Assembly (NCBI GenBank): GCA_013239625.1
Contig: MU056000.1
Location: 8,738,970-8,802,969, forward strand
Source: Lama guanicoe
Taxonomy: Eukaryota
Direction of reading: 5' to 3'
Length of the DNA stretch: 64,000 nt
Part shown: piece after piece, positions 23,834 to 36,862 of the stretch
Layout of the letters: every line of letters begins with the position of its first letter
Position numbering within the stretch: position 1 is the stretch's first letter
The notes under the pieces: model-generated
The model's database searches: none
Told to the model about the DNA's origin: nothing
The model's input: only the letters and a program-made list of their open reading frames with translations
Program-made: the position numbers and the translations under genes

Positions 23834-24372
23834 TGTTTCTCTTGGTCGTCTATTGTTGCGTAACAAATCACTACAAACCCAACAACTTAAAATACATACA
23901 TTTAGGGGTCACAGTCCAGGCATCAATTGGCTTCATCCACTGTTTTGAGTCTCCCAGGGGCAATCCAGGTGTCAGCCAGGGTTGGGAGCATCATCTGAAG
24001 ACTTGGTTGTGGCAGGATCTATTTCCAAGTTCACATGGTGTTGGCAGATTTCATTTTCTTTTGGACTGTTAGAATGAGGGTCAAAGTTCCTAGCTGGTTG
24101 TTGGCTTGAGGCTGCTCTCAGTTCCTTGCCAGATGAGCTTTCCCAACATGAAAAGTTGTTCCATTTAACCAGTTAAGGGAGAGAACAGGCTAACAATACA
24201 AAAATGGCAACCTTATGTATCATAATCATGGAAGTGACATCTGTGCCTCTGTTATATTTTATTGGTTAGGATGAGTCTCAGGTCCCACCCATAGCCAAGG
24301 GGAGGGGTGTATCCAAGAGTGAATACCAAGAAATGGTGGACCATTGGGCTATCTTACAGTCTACCTGCCACG
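23834..24372 (-). mobile_element. MaLR solo LTR (MLT1E/MLT1F-like), near full length
   Basis: TCTATTGTTGCGTAACAAATCAC..GGTGTCAGCCAGGG..TTCCAAGTTCACATGGTGTTGGCAG..ATCATGGAAGTGACAT..TATTGGTTAG..GTCTACCTGCCAC. Confidence 0.85.
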
Positions 24373-26535
24373 TTGTTGTACAAACTGTGGTTCGGTCCTT
24401 TGTAGAGCTTCAGTCTATTACACCATTCAAAATAAAAGTTTAAAGCAAACAAATTGCAAAAATAATGCAGTTTTTCATATTATTAAAATTTATACTAAAG
24501 AAATATAATAGTGCACTGAATCAAATATGCTATCATGTTTGACCTCAGAATTTATTTGAGTCATTCTGCATTTGAACACCATGAAAAAGGGACAACCGTG
24601 ATTCTGGCAATGTGATATTAAACAACGTAAGGTGATGTAAAATTTACTCATAAACTTTTTTGTGACAATGCCTATAGAAGCCCTGAAAAAATTTATGTGA
24701 CTTTCTAATTTATGCACAGGTTTATAGATGTTGGGGTCAGTACTTTTGATCAAAGAAGGGAAGAGGACAGGAGCCCAACCTCCATATTCCATTACTGTAC
24801 TCAGATAAATTGGGAATCTCACTGCCATGTGAGGTAAATTAAGACACCACATAGCATTCCTTTGATGACATGTTCAGAAACGTATAAACTTTAAAAAGAG
24901 GTACTTCTGATTCCCAAAGGGAAAACAGCTTTATGGGGATCAAATTAAGTATCATCGTTTAAGGAACAAATCAGCTAAAGCTGAAGGAAGAGAATTAAAA
25001 ACTCTACCCAGTATACAACTTTTCTTGTTCGGCATGTTATTTTGTAATAATAAAGTAAATGTAAGGTCTAATCAAAAGCAATAACGCATCTTGATTAGAT
25101 AAATTAATTCTTTCTGAAAACTCGCTGTAGTCTTGTTTTAGCTGTTTAGATTAAATACTTCACAAATCATAAATTTTCATATTTACAAAATTTCCTCTTT
25201 AAATTAAGAGCTCTGCCAACCAGAGGATATCTGCTTTTGGAGGTACTGCCAAAAGAAGCATTTTCACCTGTGAACTGGAATTTTTAACATTATACTTCAT
25301 ATATTTGCTTGATTCCTTTATATGCAGTCATCTGAATTTGTGTAATTTGCTGTGTTCTTAAGTTTATACTCTCCAATCATTTATTCAATTTTTAGGGTCC
25401 ATTTTAATGGTGAATAAGTGATTTACAGGTGAAGTTTTTCTAGCTTTGTGCCCAATTTTATTGTTATTGTATCCAATGTTGAATCCATTATGTAGAAATA
25501 CTGCTAAAGATTGAAAAGCTAGCATGATACAATTTAGAACCAGTACATTAATTCTTAATTCTACTTTAAGACTTTTAACTGCATAAAAGCTTTGGACTCT
25601 TAAAAGTACTCATCTATCAATCACAGTTTACTTTTAGCTTTGGTAAGAATTATAGCTTATCTATTTATAACTTCTTTCATGCACTATTACAGACATATGT
25701 GATTTAAATAACATTCATTCACACTTCTATATAAAATACAGAAAGAAGATTTCTAGCAGATGAGATAATCATAAACAGATGTTCTAATATTTTCTTTCCT
25801 CATCTTACTGAAGTGTTTTTCATACCCAGTTTTAGAAACTATATAACAGGAGTGTAATAATAACTGTGGGTATAGATCAATGGTGTAAAATATTGGCTCA
25901 GATAAATTAAAAATAAAAGTGGACAACTAATCATTTTCATTCAAGGTAACAGAACAAAGTGAAATCAGTTCTTATTGCTCTAAACCTATCTTTATTCAGT
26001 TGTTTTGAAAATAAAAATTAGAAAACCATCATGGGAAAAATTTAATCTTTTATCAGCAACTTAAGAGACATTTAAGTAAGTGGTTAGAATCTATTGGCTT
26101 ATATGTTTCTAATATAATATACTCTTTAATATTCACATAAATGTATTCACTTAAGAAATAAGTAAACTCCAGTTGTAAGAAAGCCGGACACTTACTTTAG
26201 AAATTTTGCTTGATAGCTTTTAAATTTTGGAAAATAGAAATCTGAGATAAATGAAGTATAACTTTTATTTAAATTGACAATACGTTTTAAAGTATAACAT
26301 TTGTTCTTACGTGAAAGATAAAGTAGTTATTTAAAACATTTAGCTGATTTCTATATAAATGTTTTATAAATTATAGTTTAGTTCTTCTGATATTCAAAGA
26401 AAAGGTCACCAAACAGAATAGTCATATTAAATCATGTTTGTACAATTGAATACAGTTGATTGGCACAATGATGTAGTTGGCTTAACTTTCCTCATGGTTA
26501 TGAACTTCAAGTTATGTCTCATGCCAGCTGTCTTT

Positions 26536-26929
26536 ATTATTTTTTAACATTTTTTATTGAGTTATAGTCATTTTACAATGTTGTGTCAAATTCCAGTGTA
26601 GAGCACAATTTTTCAGTTATACATGAACGTGCATATATTCATGGTCATATTTTTTTTTCTCTGTGAACTACCACAAGATCTTGTATATATTTCCCTGTGC
26701 TATACAGTGTAATCTTGTTTGTCTATTCTGCATATGCCTATTATTATCTACAAATTTTGAAATCCCAGTCTGTCCCTTCCCATCCCCCTCCCCCTTGGCA
26801 ACCGCAAATTTGTATTCTATGTCTATGAGTCTGTTTCTGTTTTGTATTTATGTTCTCTTTTCTTTTTAGATTCCACATATGGGTGATCTCATATGGGTGA
26901 TCTCATATGGCATTTTTCTTTCTCCTTTT
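26536..26929 (-). mobile_element. 5'-truncated camelid-type L1 with 17-bp TSD
   Basis: TTTATTGAGTTATAGTCATTTTACAATGTTGTGTCAAATTCCAGTGTAGAGCACA..CCCTGTGCTATACAG..CCCCCTTGGCAACC..TTAGATTCCACATATG. TSD TCATGCCAGCTGTCTTT (26519-26535) / TCATGCCGGCTGTCTTT (26930-26946). Confidence 0.93.
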
Positions 26930-29090
26930 TCATGCCGGCTGTCTTTGAAGCTTGTGCATTCATTCACCAAATGAATGCATTTGTATTAATCAAAAACTAC
27001 CTCATTTTAAAGTTCCAACTCAAGCTATATATTTTCCTCTAGGGTTTATCCATATTGTTTCAAACTCTTTGCTCTTCTTGAAACTGTCATCAGTAGTTCT
27101 AGCATTGAAATATATACTTGCTCTGAATTATGTTTTCATGGGTACATGCAGTAAGCTACTAGAATATAATATGGTATTTGCTTGATTGATTCAGGTCCTG
27201 TAAGATCTTGTAATATAAATACCACTATATGCAACAGTTATTATGACAGCCCTGCTATGGAGAATGCTAATTTTGGCACGTGCTGTACAGAAGCAGAGAG
27301 TCATTCAAAGTTGTGCACATGGCCCCCATGGAACTGACCTGCTTTCCCTGCTGGCTCAAGTAAGATCGATCTCAGTCAGAAACTCTCACTGTTAAGTAAG
27401 ACTAGGTTTTCCTAATGAAATATAAAATGATACATTAACATTATTAATTATCTATTTTAGGATTAAGTTAGTTTGATAAACCCTTTTTAGAGTGAGTTTT
27501 GAAAACACGGCAATTTGAGAGGGTGAGTAGCGCTGGTGTGTGTGATACAGTCCTAGATACTGCGGAAATCTAAGAACAGACCTGAAGAGGAGGAGCTAAG
27601 CATATAAATTATATACATATTTAATGTAGACTCATAAATATGTAAATAAACAATACTCTTTTATGTAAAATATTGTGCCACCTGGTAGCATAGTGTACTA
27701 TATGAATACGTTTTTACTCTCCATGAAATTTATATTCTTCCCTTCTGAATAGAGTTTAGGATCAAGATTTACTTAATTCTAAACAAACTTGGGAGTTGAT
27801 AAATGGGTACAAATTCATCTATAATGCCCACAATTTTTGGATATATAAGGAAACTAGTCTATATGTTAATAATTGTAAAATGAAATTTACGTGTATAACA
27901 CTAGATGACAGTCCACAAAATTGATTTTCTTATTTAGTGAATTTTAAATAGCATTTTAAGCTTGGGTATCTTTGTTTTTCTGGGGAAGAAAATAATTTGA
28001 TTCAGTATAACAAAGCGCAGGCTTAAATGGCAATCCAAGTTACCAGTGACAGTTGATTGGAACCAAGATTGAGTCAGAGGTAGGAGAGTTAGGATACTTG
28101 AGTGTTGTTTCATATCAGAGGAAATAAATTTATTCTTCAAATTTGGAAAATAAGACCTCTTATGTACATGGGGAAAGTTCACAAACTTGCATTTCATAGG
28201 TTCTTTGCCTTGTTGCAAAAACACTAGTTTAAATGTTATCTGAAAATATAAAAAAAATTTAAAAGTAAACTTTCACTAGCAAATTTTTCATCTGCTTGCT
28301 ATATGATAATTTACTTTCTACACAGCATGGCATACATTTTCATTATTTTTATGAAATCAAAATTCGTTGTTATTTGAACTTCCAGTAGTGGTCTAAACTG
28401 GAATGAAAAATTGCACAAGGATCCTTACATTCTTAGAAAATAAATTGTATATCGAAGCGAAAGAGTCTTTAAATTGTGAATGTACCCAGCAATCAAGGCA
28501 TAATTTGGGCAGAATTTATGCCTTTAGTGTTATACACATATTTAACCTTGCACGCTAGATGTTTGGCTGAAATCTGTCTGATACATGCAAGGCAAATCCT
28601 TTGGTAGTGTCATGAATGAGAGACCTATTCTATGTGGCAGGAATAGTTCCTCTGTCTTTCCAGTACACCGTAATTCAGCGTCATGACCTGTATTTAATAA
28701 TCAAGATACTATTGAAATAAAAAGCTTTCCTTTATAATTCAATTTATGTGCTTAACATTTGAGTCTTACTTACTACCTCATGTACAGCATAAATGCTATT
28801 TCAAGGATGATATACATATATTTAAAATTTCAGATACACCTAGTTTAGTGTGATTCAGCAAAATATTCATATAGGCCGAACAACACAGTTATACAAAAAT
28901 GCAGATAAAGCACTGCCACTTAACACAGCACTAACTACACTGGTTAAACTTTGAAACATTGATCAAAGCACATTAAGAGCTGAATCTGGAGTGTGTGAAA
29001 GAACAAAAGCCATCTCTGCAAATTGATTGAAAGAAGAGTCTAGCACTAGAGACCTGTAATCACAGCGGCTCACGCTGCAGGATGCTGATC

Positions 29091-29104
29091 GTTGCCATAG
29101 CAAC
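29091..29104. promoter_or_regulatory. RFX X-box
   Basis: GTTGCCATAGCAAC, one base from the palindromic RFX consensus GTTGCCATGGCAAC, in unique sequence. Confidence 0.55.
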
Positions 29105-29350
29105 AGACTGTTTTGTTACATCATGGAAATAAGGAGTGTGAGACTTGTGCGTGCAACATGCCACCCAGGGGACAAATACAAAGCCATTACAGGAAAGGGT
29201 AATATAAGATGTAGTCACAGGTAAAGATGAGCATTTTGAAAAGGGCAATGATGAAAGCACAGGAAGACAGATGTGCAGCTCACGAAAATTCTGTTTTTAT
29301 ATTGGCGCTTTCATTTCTAACCGTTCTTAATTGCTGTTATCACTGGCTAA

Positions 29351-29484
29351 TTTTCTTTCTCCCCCTCCTTCCCCCTCCCTCCTTTTCCCTTCCTCCCTTC
29401 CTCCCTCCCTCTCTCTCTCTCCCTTCCTCCCTCCCTCCCTCTCTCCCTCCTCCTTCCTTCCTTCCTTCCTTCTTTCTTTCTTTC
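29351..29484. repeat. (CCCT)/(CCTT)/(CTTT) compound polypyrimidine repeat
   Basis: About 130 bp of pure C/T. Confidence 0.9.
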
Positions 29485-29739
29485 AACACAGTTGAGTGCA
29501 ACTTCAAAAAGAAAGTTAAAATTGTTACCTATTTCATTTCCTGAGATAATGTGCTTGATTTTACCATCAACTCAAAGAAACATATAAAATATTTAATTGT
29601 ATATATTGTGAAGATTGCAGTCATCCAAATATTAGACTGCATCTATAATGTGGGGAAAATATACCACATATTAAATGTGCATATTCCAATCATATGTACA
29701 GGCATTCCAATACTAATGAAGCATATTAGACTCAAAATG

Positions 29740-30508
29740 TTTATGAAAAGATGTTCCATATTGCTTCCTATTCATTAAGAAAATGGAGACACCCCCACAA
29801 GAATGGCTAAAATTAAAAAGCCTGGCATTCCAAGTGTTGATAAAGATACGGAAAACGAACTCCCATACATTACGGATGGGAATGCCAAATGGTTCATTCC
29901 GTTTGGAAAGCCATTTGAAAGTTCCTTATAAAGTTAAACACATAACTGCCTTACAACCTATCAATTGCACTCTGAGATATTTATTCAAGTGAGATGAAAA
30001 CAAAGACAGGTATGTGGATATTCATAGCAGTTTTATTTGTAGTGTCCAAAACTGCAGAGTACCAAATGTCTATTAACTAGTGACTGCATAAACAAATCCT
30101 GGGATATGCATGCCTTGGAATTCAACTCAGAAATGGGAAGAATGAGCTACAGAAACACAGAAAAGCATGAATGAATCTCAGAAGTGTTTTGCTAAATGAA
30201 AGAGGCCAGACACAAAAGACAATATACTGTATGATACAATTTTTATCCAATTCCATAAAAATCAGTATTTGAATGACAGTAAACAAATCAGTGGTTGCCA
30301 GGGACTGGGCGTGGCACCGTTTTCATCTCAAAGTGGCATGAGGAAACCGTTTGAGGAACACTTCTGGAAAGAGATAAATATTCCGTATTTTCATTGAGAA
30401 GTGAATCCGCAACAGTGTACATTTGCCAAAACTCAGCAAACAGCACACTTTAAAGGGGTGTGACTTATTGTATATAAAGTATACTTCAATAAGCCTGATT
30501 GTAAAAAG
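29740..30508 (+). mobile_element. Old L1 (L1MD/L1ME-like) ORF2 end and 3' UTR
   Basis: ATGAAAAGATGTTC..AGAATGGCTAAAATTAAAAAG..CCAAGTGTTG..GGGAATGCCAAATGG..ATATTCATAGCAGTTTTATTTGTA..GCCAGACACAAAAGAC..TCAGTGGTTGCCAGGG..TATACTTCAATAA. Confidence 0.85.
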
Positions 30509-31112
30509 TCTTTGCCATTTTGTGATATAGATTATGAAATCATATACTATTTAATTGTAACATTAAGCACATAAAATTTAAAGCACCACATTGTGGAAGT
30601 TACTGAGAGAAGCTGAATTTGTACTAAATGATTATAAATGAGATGTTCTAAAACTTATTTCAAAAAAGCTATTTAATATATGTATAGCTGTAACATTCAT
30701 TACATCATTTTAATGATATTTATCTGAAAACAAACATTCTTCATGAACTAGTAAGTAAAATGAAAATAGGTACCAATATGTTACATAGGTAATATTTTGA
30801 TTCTGCCACTCACCCCTGAAATGCATATTAATCATTGAAACTTATGAAAATTTATTTGCTGCCTTCTATTTTACTTCCAATGGATAAAGTAATACAGGAA
30901 AAACATCTTAGTACCAAACAAGTAGTCAAGTTTTCCTACAACTGTCCTAAGGTGGTAACTGTCATAATTTAGCAAACCTAGTAAAAACAGAATGGCATTT
31001 ATTGTCAGAAAAATCTCATTTTGTATCCTGATTCTATTTACATACGATCTAAGAAAAATTGCCTTAAATTATGAAACCTGAGTTTACAACAGTAAAATCT
31101 CAAGATTATTTA

Positions 31113-31585
31113 TGAATGCACTAGTTATTGCTGCTGTGAGAAATCACCGCAAATATGGTGGCTTAGAACAACACAAATTTATTATCTTAGAGTTCTGGAG
31201 GTCAGAAATTGAAAGTCAGTCTCACTGTGCTATCGGCAGTGGTGTCAGCGGGGAGAGTTTCGTCTGGAGTCCCTGGGCGAGAATCCATTTACTCCTGCCT
31301 TTTCCAGCTTCAGGAATCCACCTGCCTTCCTTCTAGCTCCTTCCTCCATCTTCAAAGGCAACAGCAGACCACCTTCAGACCGCTAACTCTAATTTCCTAA
31401 CTCCCTCTTACAAATACCCTTGTGGTTACAAAAAGCCCAAAGTAGCCACGTTCAAGATAATTTCGCCACCCCCAATTCTTAACCAGATCTGCAAATTTCC
31501 TTTTGTCACAGAAGGCAGCCTATTCAGAGGTTCTGGGAAACAGGACAGGAGCATGTTTGGAGTGCCTGCCATTCAGTCTGCCACA
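31113..31585 (-). mobile_element. MaLR solo LTR (MLT1D-like)
   Basis: TATTGCTGCTGTGAGAAATCACC..GGTGGCTTAGAACAACACAAATTTATTATCTTAGAGTTCTGGAGGTCAGAA..CTTCCTCCATCTTCAAAG..ATTCAGTCTGCCACA. Confidence 0.88.
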
Positions 31586-32546
31586 CCGGCAACGCTGAAT
31601 TGTGTATCTGTTGGGCTTTCAATGGTGACTGAAAAAGCCAAGGCCCCTGACCTCCAGAGCTTTACAGTCTAGTAGGAATTTTAGCAAATCCTAGCAAGGT
31701 GGTGTAGGACAAAAAATAACTTATAGGAAGGAACTGATACAAAATCCTTAAATATTTACTAATATTTTAACAAGGAGAATCTAATAAATATACTTCTTTG
31801 GAGCATCCACATAAAAAGTAGTAATAATTAAGAAATTATTTGAGAAAATGTAATTCAGAAAATGATTCTCTAAAAATTATGTGAAAAGATACGATCAGCA
31901 GCAAAGAGAATGCCATTCCAGGAATGATTTTTGTAATTTTTTTCTAATTAAGATTGAAATAGAGAGGGTGTTTAGGCACACTAAAATTAAGTAAATGTAT
32001 TTGATAGATTTTTTTTGAGCATTTTTGCTGGCAATATTTATTCTGTATTCAAAAACTGATATTTATTATGAAAGTTAAGAGTCACAATTCTATGGATGAG
32101 CCATTGGGGTTGGGAGAATGTACACAAAGTGGCCAGTCAGTCTGTAGAACTTTTAGCATAAATTTGACTAGAGTCAAGCTCTTCTAGTCCAGAGCTCTTT
32201 GAAGAGCAAAAGCAGTTTGGGGTGTTCTGGGAGAAGAGCATGGAGGGAAATGTTAAGCCTAATGGAGTACCAATTAGCTGTGAAGTACCTGTAATCCAGG
32301 TTGTCATGGTGATGGAGATGGTAAGAGAGTGTCGAGCACAGTCCCCAAGGAGTGCCACTGCTGCATCCTGTCCACATTTCAGTTAAGCCATGAGCTGAAG
32401 AGCTTTGTTTCCAGTATTTTACAAGTTGGTTTTCTTTGCCACAGACATGCTTTTGACAGGAACCTGAGCTTTCAGTTACCTTATTAAAATATATAGGATG
32501 GGAATAATTGCATCTATATACGTTTTATTATATGTTTTGATTTCTT

Positions 32547-32620
32547 TTTTAATTTTATTTTTTATTCATGTGCAGTTGATTTACAATGTTAGTTTCAGGT
32601 GTACAGCAAAATGATTCAGT
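32547..32620 (-). mobile_element. 74-bp L1 3' terminus with perfect 19-bp TSD
   Basis: T-rich tail then GTTGATTTACAATGTTAGTTTCAGGTGTACAGCAAAATGATTCAGT. TTATATGTTTTGATTTCTT at 32528-32546 and 32621-32639. Confidence 0.9.
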
Positions 32621-32869
32621 TTATATGTTTTGATTTCTTAAAAGCAAACTCAAAAATAAATTCACTGCAGTTAAGCATCATTACTTTAATGTTTCCAAAT
32701 TATTTCTCTTAATACTTTTTTCTTTCCAATCAATCAAGAATTTTACAGCTATTACTTTGGAAAATTTGATGACATGAATTTTTATACTAGTTTCCAGGTG
32801 GTTTTAATATATTAAGCAGTATAGTAACACTGTTTTAAGATGTCTTATAGCCATGGTAAAAATTTAAGT

Positions 32870-33580
32870 ATAGTTTTTTCTACAACTTAATTTGAAAATT
32901 TCAAATATAAAGAAAAATTTGAATGAATTGTTTAATGAGCATCCATGAACACTTTTTTACCAAAATTATTTGTTTTGCCATATTTTTAATTCTTTTAGAT
33001 AAATACATAAATCATAATTTTCTCTGGCAAACCATCTGAGAATAAGTTGTAGACATAATGACACTCCACCCTTAGCTACAGTAGCATGAGTTTTCCAAGG
33101 ACAAGGATATTCTCTGCTATAACCACAGGACAATGATCACATTCAAAGAAGTTAGTGTTGAAAACCAATTCATGCTTGCTCAATTTCCTAACAGATCTTA
33201 CAGCATTTTTTAAACAGAATCCAATTAAAGATAATACTCTGTATTTAGTTTTCATGTTTCTTTAACGTCTTTTAATCTGAAGTAGTTTTCCAGGCTTTTA
33301 TTTCCTTCATAGCATGGATAATTTGGAAGGACCTAGCCTTGGTGTTGGGTAACTGGATTTGTCTGTTTCCTCATGATTAGATTTACCTGATGTGAGTTTG
33401 TGCCATTGTTGGTGAGGCTGAGTTGGAGCCCTTGGCTTTCTTCATTGTTAAAGTATCACTTCCCCTCTGCAATGAATAATCTACAGGATGATACTTTGAT
33501 ACTGTCTTATTATCCTGCTTCTCAACAACATTTTACTGGATAATTTAGCATCCATTCCTGATCCTTGCCTCAATGAGTTA
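32870..33580 (-). mobile_element. L1MC4/L1MC5-like 3' UTR
   Basis: TGAAAATTTCAAATATAAAGAAAA..AACCATCTGAGAATAAGTTGTAGACATAATGACAC..ACAAGGATATTCTC..ATAACCACAG..TTTAATCTGAA..TTTCCTCATGATTAGATT..TTAGCATCCATT. Confidence 0.75.
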
Positions 33581-36049
33581 TTGTCACCGAGTCCAAAACC
33601 TGTCCCACTTGGGGCAGATGGCAGATCTTCTGAAGACTTACTTCAAAAGTCTTGAAATTCAGGTATGAAATCATAGGCGTTGAAACTTTTGAAAATTGCA
33701 AAGCATTATAGAATTCAAAGAATCTTTCATTCAATGAAAAAAGAAACTAAAAAAATAAAATTTGAAAAGAAGTCTTGAGTGTGAGCTACCTTGGGAAGGA
33801 GCATTACCTTTGATGAGGCGGTGCTCGGCAGTTTGGGCAATCCCTGGTGGGATTATAGTCAAGTATAATTTTGTTAAGTTGGTTTTGTTCACTAAGGAGG
33901 AGGGGACTATTTCTGTGTGTCTATGGCTCGTTGTTCTTTATTGTTTCTATAAGGCTTTCACTTACTCTGCCTGCATCCTTCTTTCCATTCTGTACCAAGT
34001 CTCCAGAGAGCATCTTTCATTCCAGATTTCTCCCACTCACCTCCAGAAGTACTGCTTCCTCCTATGAACCTGCATGATTTCAGGTCACTTTCTTTCAATT
34101 CTCTAGAAGCTAGTTGTTTTGGCTTGAATTGTCTAGGAAAAAAACATTCAAAATGCTCCAAAGGAAACTGGTAAGGATGTTTAGAAAGCGAAAAAGGAAA
34201 GTGAAGGAAACCAGGTGAGCTTGTGAGACCCAGCAGGGTTCTGTAGATCCTCAGAGTTGTCTCAATCATCAGCAGTGACACCGGCTTTCACAGCCCACAC
34301 TCTGCGATCATTGGGTGAGTGCCACCTTTAGTTCTCCGTGTCTGCAAGAAAAAGGGCTCCACAAACCTAGCAGGGGTCCTCTGAAAAGGCAGGACCGACC
34401 GTGGCTGTTAGATGGAGTGGAACAAAGATGGGAGCATATAGAAATGCCATGAAATGGAAGCTTAGAGGATCTGGTCAAAGGTTGCCATTGTCCACTGACA
34501 TTCACTACGATCTACCGGATCTCAGACTGTCTTCAGGGTTTCTAGACCCATGATGAGGCTTCCTTATTTCTCGGGGCGACCATATCTGTATTTTTTCTCC
34601 TCCAGATCCCTCTCCTTTGTTGTGTTTTCCACAAAATGCCTCTTGGACTTTCTTGCTTCTGACTGGGCTTTAAGTCTGGCTTCGCTGGATTTGAGTGTTT
34701 ATGTCCTATTTACATATTATTTGAAGTTCGGAATATTCTCTGTCTCCTAGTTATGCTACTGGCCTTGATCAAAGATTTTTTGTTTGTTTTGATTTATTTC
34801 ACTGGATGAAAGCATCTTTTATTTTATTTATTATTATTATTTTTTGCTCTGTATAGATCTTTGGAGTTTCAGAGGAGAGAATTGGATTTAGGCTGTTTGA
34901 TTTGGGGGTGGAGTATGTTCTTAACACCTTATATATAATCTTTATGATGATTTCTTAAATATATTTAGAGCTTTATATAATATAAAAGCATTTTCAATTC
35001 ATTACTTTCTTCAATATCCTTTAGAAAACTTTGGTATTTTTATTCATATTACATTTTAAAAAATGAGGAACTTGTGGACCAATAAACTTGAATGAGTTGC
35101 CCTAGGAGACAGGGGTAAAATTCAATAATTCAAGGCTTATTGTCTCAGGGATTATAACGAGGTCTACCACTGAGTTACATGTATAGCCAAACTCATATGC
35201 CATGCATCTAGAGGTAAAGCATTCTGATTAGTGGATCCAATATAAGCAAATCTATGTGAAAACCTTTAGTTAGTTTGAAATCATCAATCAATCAATTCAT
35301 CAGTTCAAGAATTTATTGAGCGTCTATTATGGGTTTAATCACATTTCTTGAAATTTCTGAATTTTTATATGGTTTTCTTATAACCCCATGTACTTTTTTA
35401 GTCTTATTAGAAAATCTTCTATTTATTTTGGCTTAATTTTGCAACATGATTGGAATTCTTGTTGTACTGTTTCTTCCTACAAAATCTCTTAGCTTCACCC
35501 TTGTAAGAATAGATTAGTTTCATGAAGCAATTATAAGACTATTTTGCCTAAATGAAATATCTTTTCATTATATATCTAGCCATTGAAATTGTTGATAATA
35601 TTACTCAACCTCTATGATTTCATATAATATGCTCCTACGATTTTTTACAGTAACAAAGAGATTTTAATCTTACCACTAAAAGTCATTAACTTCAGCTCAG
35701 ATTACACTTATTGTAGATAAAAATAAGGACTCAGCCTTAGACATAATCTTAGCTAAATTGAAGTTGGCAATTGAAGTTGACGAGTATTGCTTTTGGTCTT
35801 TAAATTTTAAAGGCCACACTTCTTTGGAGTAAGTTTTCTGTTCTATACTTCAGCAAGGTGGGCTTTATAAAAATGTAGGACAAAGGACCAATGAACTTCA
35901 CATACTTTTCCTTTCCATCAAGTCTTTCTATGCAGTAGTACAATGCCTGCTGGAGTTTTCTAGGAATGCCCTAGTTTATAGATTCGTGTTGACTCTCTGC
36001 TGAACTAATAGGGGCTAATCACCAATAAAGAGTATGTTCTCTTTCTGGA

Positions 36050-36862
36050 ATATGTGCATAATTGGATTCCTGGACTCAATTCCAATGTGTGTGTGTGTGT
36101 GTGTGTGTTGTACACCTCCAACAAGAAATGCTCCACAGACACCTGCTGGGTGTCTGATAATTCAACTCATTTATGACACTGTGTACCTGGAGACAGCATC
36201 AGATCCCACAGGCTAATGGTGCGGTCCTACAAGGCTACCCTGACTTCCTCCAGCCACCAATCACAAGCCCAGGTGATAACCTGTGCTTCTGACCTACTGA
36301 CTGTAAATCAAAGGTTTCCAGAACCACCTCCTCAGGTTTGATTAGTTTCCTAGAGCAGCTCACAGATCCCAGATAAACACTTTAATTACTAGATTACTGG
36401 TTTATTATAAAAGTATATAACTTTTATATAGGGTAAGGTATGGGGAAAGAATTTGGAGCTCCCATGCCCTCTTCATTCATGTTAGTCTCCCCAAATCTCC
36501 ATGTGTTCACCAATCTGGAGGCTCTCTGAACTCCATCTGTTTGGGCTTTAACAGAACCTTCATTACAGAAGCATGATTGATTAAATGATTGGCCATTGGA
36601 GATTGATTCAGCCTCTGGCCTCTCTCTCCTCCCCAGAGTTCAAAGGGGCAGGACTGACATTTCTAATCCTTTAATAGTGTGATTGGTTCTCCTGGTAACT
36701 AGTTCCCAATCCTTAGGTGCAGTCCGAAGAGCACCTCATTAACATAAAGAAACACCTTTCAGGCTCTCAGCACTTAGGAAATAACAAAGATTTCAGGAGA
36801 CTTGTGCTAAAACTAGGGTCAAAGACGGAATATATATTTCTTATTATAAATAACAATATCAC
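36050..36862 (-). mobile_element. MER21-family LTR
   Basis: GACACCTGCTGGGTGTC..TACCTGGAGACAGCATCAGATCCCACAGG..CCTGTGCTTCTGACC..CTAGAGCAGCTCACAGA..CATGATTGATTAAAT..ATATATTTCTTATTATAAATAACAATATCAC, the reverse complement of the MER21 5' end. Confidence 0.85.
36086..36108. repeat. (TG)n microsatellite, about 11 units
   Basis: TGTGTGTGTGTGTGTGTGTGTGT. Confidence 0.9.

Noticed and set aside
27250..27359. Open frame ending at CAA|GTAAGA (LLWRMLILARAVQKQRV...)
   Set aside because: Acceptor has no pyrimidine tract and the peptide is not recognised.
27675..27688. CTCF-like motif (CTACCAGGTGGCAC on minus)
   Set aside because: Mismatch at a nearly invariant C and no supporting context.
29227..29544. 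105-aa Pro/Ser/Leu-rich ORF resembling a membrane protein
   Set aside because: Translation of the (CCCT)/(CCTT) repeat.
32180..32390. Stop-free plus-strand frame with ATG|GTAAGA
   Set aside because: GTACCAATTAG..GTAATCCAGG..GATG resembles an L2 remnant.
34247..34320. Exon-like segment ending TGG|GTGAGT
   Set aside because: Weak acceptor. The region may be a degenerate antisense L1 5' remnant.
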